DNA from: Candidatus Babeliales bacterium
GTDB taxonomy: Bacteria; Babelota; Babeliae; Babelales; JANWKD01
Assembly: GCA_963701665.1 (NCBI GenBank)
Contig: OY969622.1
Coordinates: 96,001 to 160,000 of the forward strand
DNA: 64,000 nucleotides
Direction: 5' to 3'
The notes beneath the pieces were generated by a model. The model was not told where the DNA came from. It made no database searches and saw only the letters and a program-made list of their open reading frames with translations. Both the position numbers and the translations under genes were made by a program. Of the stretch, positions 1 through 8,894 are shown one piece after another. Within the stretch, counting starts at the first letter, position 1. Every line of letters starts with the position of its first letter.

Positions 1-1
1 T

Positions 2-868
2 GCCGCAATAGAAGAATACAAAAACATTGAGTCATTCTCAGGGAAAGGAAAGACAGCCTATCAAGATTTGACTAAAAAAAATGCAAATGCAAACATTGTC
101 GATCCAACAGTATTAGAAAAAACTGAGACTTCTATTGGTGAAGATAAACAAAAAATTGAGGCCCTATTAGAAAATATAACCTCTGATAAAAATGCTCCTA
201 GTACGCTCGATACACTAGCAACCTCATTAGATAAAAAAGTTGAAGACTTGCTTATAAAAATTTCACAAGCAGATCCTTCAGAGCGATCTTTAGAATCTCT
301 AAATAGGCTTGCTAATGCTTTAGATAATTTGAGTAACCAAGTTGTTGCTGTCTATCAAACGTCAGCTCTTTCGCAAGAGGCAAAAATTGCCCTGTTGAAA
401 ACATATCTCGAATTGGATGGCAGATTTAAACTAATTTCATCGCAAATTATACGAGATAAAAGTGCTTTATCAACGTTAATCCCTACTCTTGAAGGTGGCG
501 TTGCGCTCGTCCAATTACCACAGGTCGTAAGGGCAAATGTAAAACAGTTACAAACAAAACCTACGATAGAAGCACCACAGCAAACATTTGATCGTAAAAC
601 CGGAAAGCCTACACAAAACCCTATCAGGCAAAATGCTACAATGACTTTACAAAATGCAGACAATTTATGGTCGGAGGGAAACAGCATTAAGGCTATAACA
701 GCAGGTACACCAGCAAATAAATACCTAGCTGGCGTCAGAGACGCAAACATTAAAGCGCCTGAAACGAATGAGTGGATAAAACTTACCGCAGAGGCACTTC
801 TTGAGAAAGCTTCCCCTAAACAGGGTGATACCAATCAACCGACTGAAGGGACTGGTTATGGTGATTAG
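2..868 (+). CDS. Hypothetical helical protein, 5'-partial; paralogue of the C-terminus of 23613..25808
   Basis: Frame is open from position 2 (AAIEEYKNIESF...). Shares KISQADPSERSLESL / EISKADPSQRELESL and LPQVVRANVKQLQ / LPQVIRSNVKEIQ with the 731-aa ORF. Confidence 0.8.
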   Translation, partial: AAIEEYKNIESFSGKGKTAYQDLTKKNANANIVDPTVLEKTETSIGEDKQKIEALLENITSDKNAPSTLDTLATSLDKKVEDLLIKISQADPSERSLESLNRLANALDNLSNQVVAVYQTSALSQEAKIALLKTYLELDGRFKLISSQIIRDKSALSTLIPTLEGGVALVQLPQVVRANVKQLQTKPTIEAPQQTFDRKTGKPTQNPIRQNATMTLQNADNLWSEGNSIKAITAGTPANKYLAGVRDANIKAPETNEWIKLTAEALLEKASPKQGDTNQPTEGTGYGD

Positions 869-1079
869 GCGAAGAAATTTTAGCAATAGCCCAAAATCTA
901 GCATTTTTTAGTTGCTTTTTATCAAGTTTTGATGCCGACTTTGGTCGGCATCTACATGAGTTGTGCCCATTTTTTTGATTTCTTGCTAGTCTTATCCGCT
1001 TGCTCATGAAAGCATGCTATGGTACCATGAGAAATGAGACAAAGCGGATTCATTGTAAATTATACAATGAACACAAGAG

Positions 1080-1189
1080 TGTCTTCCCGAGGAGCAAAGC
1101 TCCGTGGGGATCCAGAACTTTAATAAATTCCTTTATGGACTAATTTTATTATCTGGGTTGCCGCGCCACATACGTGGCTCGCAATGACA
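1080..1189 (+). repeat. Palindromic intergenic repeat (REP/RPE-like), copy 1
   Basis: tgtcttcccgagg...cgtggggatccagaactttaataaattcc...ctgggttgccgcg...ctcgcaatgaca; related copies recur across the window. Confidence 0.85.
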
Positions 1190-1252
1190 ATTTGTTTTCA
1201 ATATATCCGTCTTAAGGACAAAATTTTATCTATCAAAATGGGCGTATTAAAT

Positions 1253-2122
1253 ATGTCAAAATTACTCTCTTCAATGCTATGTCTACTTTTAATGGTACTT
1301 GCCGGATGCACGCACCGCTCAGAAATACAGCAAAAGGCAAAGAAAAATACGCGCGCGTCGGAAAAAAAGATCGAAGTCGCTCAAGATTTGGTTGCACCGC
1401 CTGAAATGAAAAAAATGCTAAAAAATATGACTATCCCTGAGCTAGAAAGGGCAAAGAATTATTGCGTTGCCACAGGCAATAAAGCTCAAGCTATTATATA
1501 TCTTGAACAAATAATCATCTTAGCCACCGATCAAAATATGCTCAAAGATGTACGCTTGGAATTAGCAGATCTTTATTTCGATCAAGGAAGTATCAGCAAA
1601 GCGAGCAAAATGTACGCCTCGTATTTAGGGCTTTATCCAGGCAGTGAAGACCGTGCGTACGTTCATTATCGAGCAATTTTATGCAGATTTTATGAAACGT
1701 ACAGTTCTGACCGTGATCAAACTCCCACCGAAGAAGCCTTAATTTTAACGCAAGAATATCTTAACCGCGTCATTTCGGATAAAGAACTGTATGCTGCTTA
1801 TAGCACCGATGTTGAAGTTATCCAAAAACAATGCTGCAAAAAATTATTTGATCATGATAAAGGCATCCTCGATTTTTACTATAAAAAGGGCAACTTCAAA
1901 GCTGCACAATTACATTTATTACATATGAAAAAAATGTATGCAAAATTATATAAAGAATCGGAACCCGAGTTATTAACCTGCGAATGCGATATTGCCTACA
2001 AAACACACGACACCGCTTTATTATTGGCAAAACAAGCTGAACTCAAAGCAAAATATCCTGAGTTCCATACAACAGTAATCGCTCAGCAGGAAGCTAAGAA
2101 AAATTATGGAAATCGCTTCTAA
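1253..2122 (+). CDS. bamD: Outer membrane protein assembly lipoprotein BamD
   Basis: Lipobox LAGC, TPR-like helices, YP.S...YV.Y and DRDQT.T..A motifs; start reassigned to MSKLL. Confidence 0.8.
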   Translation: MSKLLSSMLCLLLMVLAGCTHRSEIQQKAKKNTRASEKKIEVAQDLVAPPEMKKMLKNMTIPELERAKNYCVATGNKAQAIIYLEQIIILATDQNMLKDVRLELADLYFDQGSISKASKMYASYLGLYPGSEDRAYVHYRAILCRFYETYSSDRDQTPTEEALILTQEYLNRVISDKELYAAYSTDVEVIQKQCCKKLFDHDKGILDFYYKKGNFKAAQLHLLHMKKMYAKLYKESEPELLTCECDIAYKTHDTALLLAKQAELKAKYPEFHTTVIAQQEAKKNYGNRF

Positions 2123-2504
2123 AACCGGCAAACAAACGCGTGCTGCACTTGGCAAACAAGGCGAAGAATTTACCCAGCAATGGTTAAAAAAGAATAATTA
2201 TACTATTCTTGCCACAAATTATCGCACAAAGCAGGGTGAAATCGATATCATTGCGCGCCAAAAAAATGTCATTGCTTTTATTGAAGTAAAATTACGATCA
2301 CACGATTATTTTCAACTTTCACAAGTAATCACACCATCAAAGCAGAAAAAGATTATTGCATGCGCACTCGATTATAGTATGCGCCACACTATAACTTCAT
2401 GCGTTTTGCGTTTTGATATTGCACTTTTGCACTGTAATGACAACGGTTTTTCACTTGAATATATTCCTAATGCGTTTACTAAACGCGAAGGAGATGTCTC
2501 GTGA
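2106..2504 (+). CDS. yraN: YraN/UPF0102 family putative endonuclease
   Basis: G..GE, NYR...GEIDII, FIEVK.R and RFDI motifs. Confidence 0.9.
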   Translation: MEIASKTGKQTRAALGKQGEEFTQQWLKKNNYTILATNYRTKQGEIDIIARQKNVIAFIEVKLRSHDYFQLSQVITPSKQKKIIACALDYSMRHTITSCVLRFDIALLHCNDNGFSLEYIPNAFTKREGDVS

Positions 2505-3169
2505 ATACTGTTTTTAAACAAGAGCTTATACAGCGAAGCATTACTGCCTTTGTACTTATTTTTGCCGGTCTCTACATTTTTTTTGCATTACCGCCATGGT
2601 GTTTTTCTTTAGTTATTTTTTTGATTGCTCTCTATACTGCAGCTATTGAAATGCCACATTTACTACCCTATAAAGGGCTCAAGTTTTGGTTATTAGTCAG
2701 TATATATCCTTTATTACCCTTTCTTTTAATCATACTGCTTAATCAAAATATTCATTATAGAATGCTCGTTTTTCTAGCTTTTGTTGTTGCAAGCAGCAAT
2801 GATATCGGCGCTTATTTTACTGGAAAACTCTTAGGCAAAAACAAAATGTTGCCTTCAATAAGCCCCAAAAAAACGTGGGAAGGTTTTGCGGGCGGTTTTT
2901 TATTAACGGCACTCGCCTTATGGTATATTGCGCATTTCCATAATAAACCAACATCACTCGCATGGTTTTTTGTATTCGCATTGGCTTTTGCCATTATTGG
3001 CACCGCGGGGGATTTTTTTGAATCATGGCTGAAAAGACGAGCAAACATAAAAGATAGTGGTTCGCTTTTACCGGGACATGGCGGCACATTAGATAGATTT
3101 GATAGTGTGCTTTTTATTATACTATTCATATATTTTTGCAAGGGCCCATTGTTACATTTATTTTTCTAA
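2501..3169 (+). CDS. cdsA: Phosphatidate cytidylyltransferase
   Basis: D.GAYF.G, SPKKTWEG and GD.FES.LKR...IKDSG.LLPGHGG.LDRFDS signature. Confidence 0.95.
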   Translation: MNTVFKQELIQRSITAFVLIFAGLYIFFALPPWCFSLVIFLIALYTAAIEMPHLLPYKGLKFWLLVSIYPLLPFLLIILLNQNIHYRMLVFLAFVVASSNDIGAYFTGKLLGKNKMLPSISPKKTWEGFAGGFLLTALALWYIAHFHNKPTSLAWFFVFALAFAIIGTAGDFFESWLKRRANIKDSGSLLPGHGGTLDRFDSVLFIILFIYFCKGPLLHLFF

Positions 3170-3187
3170 AAAATAAAAGTTGGCAGT

Positions 3188-4123
3188 ATGTATGTGTTAC
3201 TCTTTTGTTTTATCTTTTTGGTAGAATGTTTTGCACAAGATGCGGTGTCCAAATTTTCTCAACACAAAAGAGCTATTCCCTCGTTACAAACTATCATAGA
3301 ATATAATCTGCTCCATTATCATTGTGAATTAGAAGCTGAGGGCGAAAAAGCTGATGAGACTTTTGAAAACTATATAAAATTATGCGAACAACACGAAGTA
3401 GCCCCTCGCATAAAAACGTTACTCGCTCGATGTTTGATCACATCACATAATGTTGAAGCAATTAACACCTTCAATAAAAATGCCCCTACACACAAATATC
3501 CTCAACTAGCTTATGATGTTTTTTTAAATCAAAAACTAAGTTCCGAGAATAAAAAAGCTATTATTATTTTTATGCGTAACTATCCAGAAGAAAAATTGGT
3601 AGGAAAACCGTATCAAATCCTCGATGCCTTAATTAAATATTACACACCTATTACCCATTATTTTAATAATCGGCTTTTGTTTGCATGCCAAAATTCTATT
3701 GAGCCTTGCATCTTTAACTTTCTTTTAAAAAAAGGCGATCAACCTTTCGAGCTTGTTATTTGGCATTTGATTGGCAATCAGAAACCAGTTCCTGAAATTC
3801 ATGAAAACATGCTTGGAAAATTAGAATATTTAACAGGTTGTACCGTTAATATATCGCCAACCCCACCTAATCCATTTATACCCTCAACAAATTTAAAACC
3901 ATTAGAATATGCAGAATCAATGCTTGCATGCTGGTCTGATCAGGAATGGACTCGAGGGTTCTATGAAAAAAGATTTGAACAATTTAAAAATTTTTCACTT
4001 ATTCTCAATGAAATCATCTCCCCAGAAACGATAGAAAAATACATTAACTTCTATACGCGCGTTGTGGAGCTATTGAAAAATAGTAAAAACATAATGCCCG
4101 GTACGGAATTGCAAACTCAATAA
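3188..4123 (+). CDS. Hypothetical secreted protein
   Basis: 311-aa ORF with hydrophobic N-terminus ending ECFA; no family recognised. Confidence 0.65.
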   Translation: MYVLLFCFIFLVECFAQDAVSKFSQHKRAIPSLQTIIEYNLLHYHCELEAEGEKADETFENYIKLCEQHEVAPRIKTLLARCLITSHNVEAINTFNKNAPTHKYPQLAYDVFLNQKLSSENKKAIIIFMRNYPEEKLVGKPYQILDALIKYYTPITHYFNNRLLFACQNSIEPCIFNFLLKKGDQPFELVIWHLIGNQKPVPEIHENMLGKLEYLTGCTVNISPTPPNPFIPSTNLKPLEYAESMLACWSDQEWTRGFYEKRFEQFKNFSLILNEIISPETIEKYINFYTRVVELLKNSKNIMPGTELQTQ

Positions 4124-4182
4124 ATTCTTGTATCTTTATAGCTGAAAGCTACATTTGTTACACATTTTTATAAAAAGATACT

Positions 4183-4365
4183 ATGAAATCATATCTTCTT
4201 TTAGCATTATGTATTTTATCAAGCATCTCTCTTAATGGCATGGACTGGTATTATATCAAACAATCAATACATTATGGTCAAAGCAACACCACATGTATTC
4301 CGCAAAATAAACCGGAAAGCATTACAGCACAAAAGATTCTGAATAAAGACACCAAGTCAAAGTAA
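4183..4365 (+). CDS. Small signal-peptide protein, possibly a truncated remnant
   Basis: MKSYLLLALCILSSISLNGMD signal peptide; only 60 aa. Confidence 0.45.
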   Translation: MKSYLLLALCILSSISLNGMDWYYIKQSIHYGQSNTTCIPQNKPESITAQKILNKDTKSK

Positions 4366-4367
4366 CG

Positions 4368-4943
4368 TTATTTTGCAAATAATCCTTCAAATAGTATCTC
4401 ATTGAGAGGTTTGCGATCGTTGGGAAAATCAACATCCTGTAATTTTTTAGGAAGTTGTTCAACGTTACCATAGACACCAACGGCGACCATAGCTTCAACG
4501 GTGTATGTATCTGGAATCTTGAGCACTTGGGATGCTTTGTCGTAATTGAAGCCTTCCATACCATGCACAACAAGACCAAGTATTGAACCTTGTAATGCTA
4601 AGTTTTCCCACGCAGCTCCAGCATCAAACGAGTGAGTACGGGAAGGCCTGCCATCATAATCAAACACCTTATGGGAAACAATCACCATCAAAACAGCCGC
4701 GTTCTTTGCCCATGCTTGGTTTGCAGGTTCTAGCAAATCAAGAAATGTTTGCCAATAAGAAGAATTTCTTTTGGCATAGATAAAACGCCATGGTTGATTA
4801 TTGAAGGAGGATGGCGCCCACCGTGCCGCTTCAAAAAGCATCATTAATGTTTCGTTAGAAATTTCTTCACCCGTCATTGCACGGGATGACCAACGATTTA
4901 AAATGATGGGGCTAATTGGATAGTTCGATTTTCTTTGCTTCAT
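4368..4943 (-). CDS. Nitroreductase family protein
   Basis: RWSSRAM, EAARWAPSSFNNQPWRF and FDAGAAW.NL.LQ motifs; start likely MKQRK, overlapping the VKOR stop. Confidence 0.92.
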   Translation of the reverse strand: MKQRKSNYPISPIILNRWSSRAMTGEEISNETLMMLFEAARWAPSSFNNQPWRFIYAKRNSSYWQTFLDLLEPANQAWAKNAAVLMVIVSHKVFDYDGRPSRTHSFDAGAAWENLALQGSILGLVVHGMEGFNYDKASQVLKIPDTYTVEAMVAVGVYGNVEQLPKKLQDVDFPNDRKPLNEILFEGLFAK

Positions 4944-5338
4944 ATGATCCCATTTATTTTCATACATGTAACAAGCAATAATACATTAATTACATACATA
5001 GAAGTACACAAAATGCATAATGCTTTAATTTTGAAGTACAAAAGATACGCAAAATAACATGACATGAGGCAACCAATAATTACGGTGATTAATAAGAATG
5101 TTTGTTGATGCAATGCAGCAAAGACAAAGACTAAAACATAAAAAGCAAATGCCAGCCACGCATTTGAAATATAAAAAATTGATGCGTATTTACTTTTCAT
5201 TGGTTTTGTACAGGAAATAGTATCAGAGAGATCGCACACCGGTTTATACGATGGCGTTTTTTTTATTTTCTGTTCCAAAACATTGGTATATAAAGAAATG
5301 ATCATACCAAGAAGAGCTAAAACCATAATTATTATCAT
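4940..5338 (-). CDS. Vitamin K epoxide reductase (VKOR) family protein
   Basis: Loop cysteines CDLSDTISC, active-site CILC, four hydrophobic segments. Confidence 0.9.
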   Translation of the reverse strand: MIIIMVLALLGMIISLYTNVLEQKIKKTPSYKPVCDLSDTISCTKPMKSKYASIFYISNAWLAFAFYVLVFVFAALHQQTFLLITVIIGCLMSCYFAYLLYFKIKALCILCTSMYVINVLLLVTCMKINGII

Positions 5339-5374
5339 TGAACCCTCTCTTTTTTAAGATAAATAAAACACTCC

Positions 5375-5527
5375 CGTCATTCCGAGGCGAAGCCGTGGGG
5401 ATCCAGAACTTTAATAATTCCTTTAAAGGAACTAATTTTATTATCTGGATTCTACTTCGTTAAAACTTCGTAGAACAAGTTGCCAACTCCTTCGGAGCTC
5501 ATAGAGCGAAGTAGGATCGCAATGACG
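5375..5527 (+). repeat. Palindromic repeat copy 2, with nested extra hairpins
   Basis: cgtcattccgagg...gatccagaactttaataa...ctggatt+insert...tcgcaatgacg. Confidence 0.85.
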
Positions 5528-5532
5528 TTCCT

Positions 5533-6957
5533 TTATGACAATCTTTGCAAAATTTCTGCTTCATTAAAATATAATTTTTGTCCTTTCACCAGCTGATAAT
5601 GATCTGGGCCTTTACCTAATAGCGCTATAATACTTGTCGAGCGCGAACATTCATACGCTCGTTTTATAGCACACTCGCGATCAAGTTCGATATAAATTTT
5701 TGAACGAAATGAATCTTGAACGCCCGCAAGCATATTATCTACAATCACAGCAGCATCTTCAGAGCGCGGATTATCGGTGGTAAAAAACACGACGTCTGCA
5801 TACTCTGCCGCTAGGGCGCCCATAATGGGACGTTTTCCGGCATCACGATCGCCACCCGCGCCGCATACGACAATTAAATGGTCAGTGAATTCACGAAGCG
5901 TTTTAAGTACCGAGGAAAATGAAGAAGGGTTGTGCGCATAATCGATAAATGCGCGTGCACCATTTGGCATACAATATAATTCTAATCGACCGGGCACCGT
6001 GTGAAAGGTCGTTAACGAGTGCGCTAATTTTTTAAGCGAGGGTTCATAGGCATGACACGCAGCGAGTGCACCAAGAATATTAGCTGCGTTAAATTCGCCA
6101 ATGAGCGGCGAGGTTAACGCCACAACATTTCCGTTGTGATGCACCTGTGCTTTGATACCAAGCAGTGAATATGAAAGATCACTCATATAATACTCTGCAT
6201 GAGTATCAGTGCAACTATATGATGAAAAATGTGGATTTTTTTCTAGCAACTGTGCGCACCATGCATTATCGCGATTTAAAAGAATCTTTGTATCAGGCTT
6301 TTTGTGCCCAAAAATTTTACATTTCGCTGAAAAATAGTCTTGCATTGATTCATAAAATTCACCATGTTCTTGATCGAAATTAGTGAACAAAATAGTATCA
6401 AACGCAATGTTATGCACACGTTCAAGGGATAATGCTTGTGCTGCAACTTCCATGATGACAACATCAACCGCATAAAGCACACATTGCTGCAAAAAAGCTT
6501 GCAAATAATCTGGCTGTTGCGTCGTTAATTGCGTCGGTAAGATGGTAGTTAAAATTTTATTATGCACTGAACTGAGCATTGCTGTTTTAATGCCTTGCGA
6601 ACGCAGCAAATATTCAATTAAGAATACTGATGTCGTTTTACCTTTTGTTCCCGTCACGCCAATAATTTTTAATTTTTTTGCAGGATATCCATAAGCGAGT
6701 GCGCTCAATTCTGCTAACGCGCGCCGAATATTTGGCACGCGCATGAGAGAAGCATTTTTTTGTGCAATAAGTTCTTGATGCTCATCGCTCAAATACTCGT
6801 TTTCTTGAATAACGATCGTTGTCGCCCCTCGTTCAATGGCCTCGGGAATAAATTTTTTGCCGTCCAAACGCGTGCCTTGTATAGCAATAAACGTTGAACC
6901 GTGAGTAACAAAATCCGTGTGCGCAGTAACAAGAAAGTGACGCGGAAACTCAACCAT
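5533..6957 (-). CDS. murE: UDP-MurNAc-L-Ala-D-Glu:meso-DAP ligase
   Basis: GVTGTKGKTT P-loop, VPGRLE, IDYAHNP, DNPR (meso-DAP specificity) and GKG motifs. Confidence 0.95.
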   Translation of the reverse strand: MVEFPRHFLVTAHTDFVTHGSTFIAIQGTRLDGKKFIPEAIERGATTIVIQENEYLSDEHQELIAQKNASLMRVPNIRRALAELSALAYGYPAKKLKIIGVTGTKGKTTSVFLIEYLLRSQGIKTAMLSSVHNKILTTILPTQLTTQQPDYLQAFLQQCVLYAVDVVIMEVAAQALSLERVHNIAFDTILFTNFDQEHGEFYESMQDYFSAKCKIFGHKKPDTKILLNRDNAWCAQLLEKNPHFSSYSCTDTHAEYYMSDLSYSLLGIKAQVHHNGNVVALTSPLIGEFNAANILGALAACHAYEPSLKKLAHSLTTFHTVPGRLELYCMPNGARAFIDYAHNPSSFSSVLKTLREFTDHLIVVCGAGGDRDAGKRPIMGALAAEYADVVFFTTDNPRSEDAAVIVDNMLAGVQDSFRSKIYIELDRECAIKRAYECSRSTSIIALLGKGPDHYQLVKGQKLYFNEAEILQRLS

Positions 6958-6963
6958 AGATTT

Positions 6964-8316
6964 TTACCGGTTTTTACGCGCGGATTTTTGATACGCCGCT
7001 AATCCTTTTTTGAGCTGCGGCAACAGCCAGATAATTGCAAAAATATTGATACTCAATAAGCACGCGCTAATAATATCGGCCAAATTCCACACTAAATCCA
7101 CTTTTGCTAAAGCGCCTAAAAAAGTTAAGAAGCAGAAAAGCAAATTACCGACAACTAGATAGGAACCTCGTGTCAAAAACAGCCAGCAGTTGCGTGCAAT
7201 ATAAGCGTAGGCAACTAACACGCCTAAGCCAAAACTCATTGAAAGGAAGGTAACTATCCACCCGCCAGCGACGCCAAATACTGTTTCATAAGCGCTGATC
7301 GTTAAATCTAAACTTGTTTTTCCATTATCCCAAACACCACTTGCAACAAGCATGAGAGCAATAACAAAGCAAACAAGATTTGCGCTGATAAAGGTGCCTA
7401 ACATTGACATGATGCCATCTTTTGCTGGCTCCGTGCTTCCCGATCCGCCAAAAATTACTGCTGCCGTTCCCAATCCCGCCTCAGTTGCATTGAGTGTGCG
7501 TGATGTGCCAAACCTAATTGCTTGTTGGAGCGTATAGCCAAGAACGCCACCTGTTAATGCTTGAACGGAAAATCCGGCTTTAAGAATAAGTTTAAGTGCA
7601 GGCAGCAATGCCGCATAATGATAGCAAACAACAATGATTGCTGAGACAAAAAAAACACCCACTTTGACAGGAATAATTGCATCAGAAACTTTAACAATTC
7701 TTTGTGCGCCGCCAAAAACAACATAGAGCATAAAGACCAATAAAATGATTGCTATTAAAAGAGGTTGCACACCAAAAATATGCACACAGCCAAGTTGAAT
7801 AGTATTTGCTTGCATTGCATTACCGGTAATAAGAGCATATGCAAAACAAAAAGCTGCATACACATAAGGAAGAAATTTTCTACCCGGCACTTTGCTTAAA
7901 TATACCATGGGTCCACCAACAAGACCTCCACCAAGATGTTGCACGCCAAATACGGTACTTAAATATACTTCAGCATAACGAATTGACATGCTCATCAGAC
8001 CAAATATGAACATCCATACTGCCGCACCAGGGCCGCCAGAATATACAGCTGTCGCCATCCCACCAATACTGCCATTACCAAGGCTCGCACTGAGTGCATT
8101 TATAAATGCTTGAAAGGGCGTCATATCACCTTTGCTGCCTTCTTTAACCGATCCGGGTGTTACCAAAAGCTCCCATGCTCTAAGGAAATAACGAATTTGT
8201 ACAAAGTGAAGTGCAGCGGTAATTACACACGCTGTTACAAAAAAAAGAATAATGAGTGGCCAGTTCCATAAAAAGTCATTTATTGCCATGGCAAACTCAT
8301 TAACACCTGCTAACAT
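6964..8316 (-). CDS. Alanine/glycine:cation symporter (AGCS family)
   Basis: TPFQA...L...LG.G.I.G.ATA...GGPGA.WM, GGPM.Y and EAGLGT motifs; many TM helices. Confidence 0.92.
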   Translation of the reverse strand: MLAGVNEFAMAINDFLWNWPLIILFFVTACVITAALHFVQIRYFLRAWELLVTPGSVKEGSKGDMTPFQAFINALSASLGNGSIGGMATAVYSGGPGAAVWMFIFGLMSMSIRYAEVYLSTVFGVQHLGGGLVGGPMVYLSKVPGRKFLPYVYAAFCFAYALITGNAMQANTIQLGCVHIFGVQPLLIAIILLVFMLYVVFGGAQRIVKVSDAIIPVKVGVFFVSAIIVVCYHYAALLPALKLILKAGFSVQALTGGVLGYTLQQAIRFGTSRTLNATEAGLGTAAVIFGGSGSTEPAKDGIMSMLGTFISANLVCFVIALMLVASGVWDNGKTSLDLTISAYETVFGVAGGWIVTFLSMSFGLGVLVAYAYIARNCWLFLTRGSYLVVGNLLFCFLTFLGALAKVDLVWNLADIISACLLSINIFAIIWLLPQLKKGLAAYQKSARKNR

Positions 8317-8438
8317 GATAAATATTCCTTTCAAAAACTTCATTATAAAACGTAATAAAGTGAGAAAATAATTTTTTATTCAATAGGAATGAGTATACTA
8401 AAAAATAGGTATTGACACTACTTTCCATAAGGTACGCC

Positions 8439-8855
8439 ATGAAAATTTTAGCCTTAGATTTAGGCGATGCGCACGTCGGATCTGCCCTTAGTGATTCTCT
8501 CTTGTTTTTTGCAAAGCCATATAAAACAATAAAAACGAGAGACCTCACTGCTTTTTTGAATGAGCTTTTCTCCCATGAGCAGGTTAACACTATTGTTATT
8601 GGCTATCCAAAAACAATGAAAGGAACTGAAAGCGAGCAGACAAAAAAGATTGTTGCCACAAAAGAAACACTCGAGGTTAAATTCCCTGATAAAAAATGGA
8701 TTTTATGGGACGAGCGTTTGAGCAGCAAACGAGCGGATACCCTTAAAAAAGCAACGTCAAAAGAAGAAAAATTGCACTCGCATTCGATTGCAGCGGCATT
8801 TATTCTTGAATCGTATCTCTCGTATTTAAAAATAATGCAATCTAACGAACAGTAA
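8439..8855 (+). CDS. ruvX: Holliday junction resolvase-like / pre-16S rRNA nuclease YqgF
   Basis: ILALDLG...G.A.SD, IVIGYP..M.G, WDERLSS and AA.FILE motifs. Confidence 0.92.
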   Translation: MKILALDLGDAHVGSALSDSLLFFAKPYKTIKTRDLTAFLNELFSHEQVNTIVIGYPKTMKGTESEQTKKIVATKETLEVKFPDKKWILWDERLSSKRADTLKKATSKEEKLHSHSIAAAFILESYLSYLKIMQSNEQ

Positions 8856-8881
8856 TCCCCCCTATATCAAAGTAGGGGGGA
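8856..8881. terminator. Hairpin between convergent genes
   Basis: tcccccctatatcaaagtagggggga. Confidence 0.7.
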
Positions 8882-8894
8882 ACTAATTATACGT

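Noticed and set aside
816..1007. 63-aa basic ORF as a ribosomal protein
   Set aside because: No recognisable L28/L32/L33/L34 motif, and it overlaps the upstream gene end
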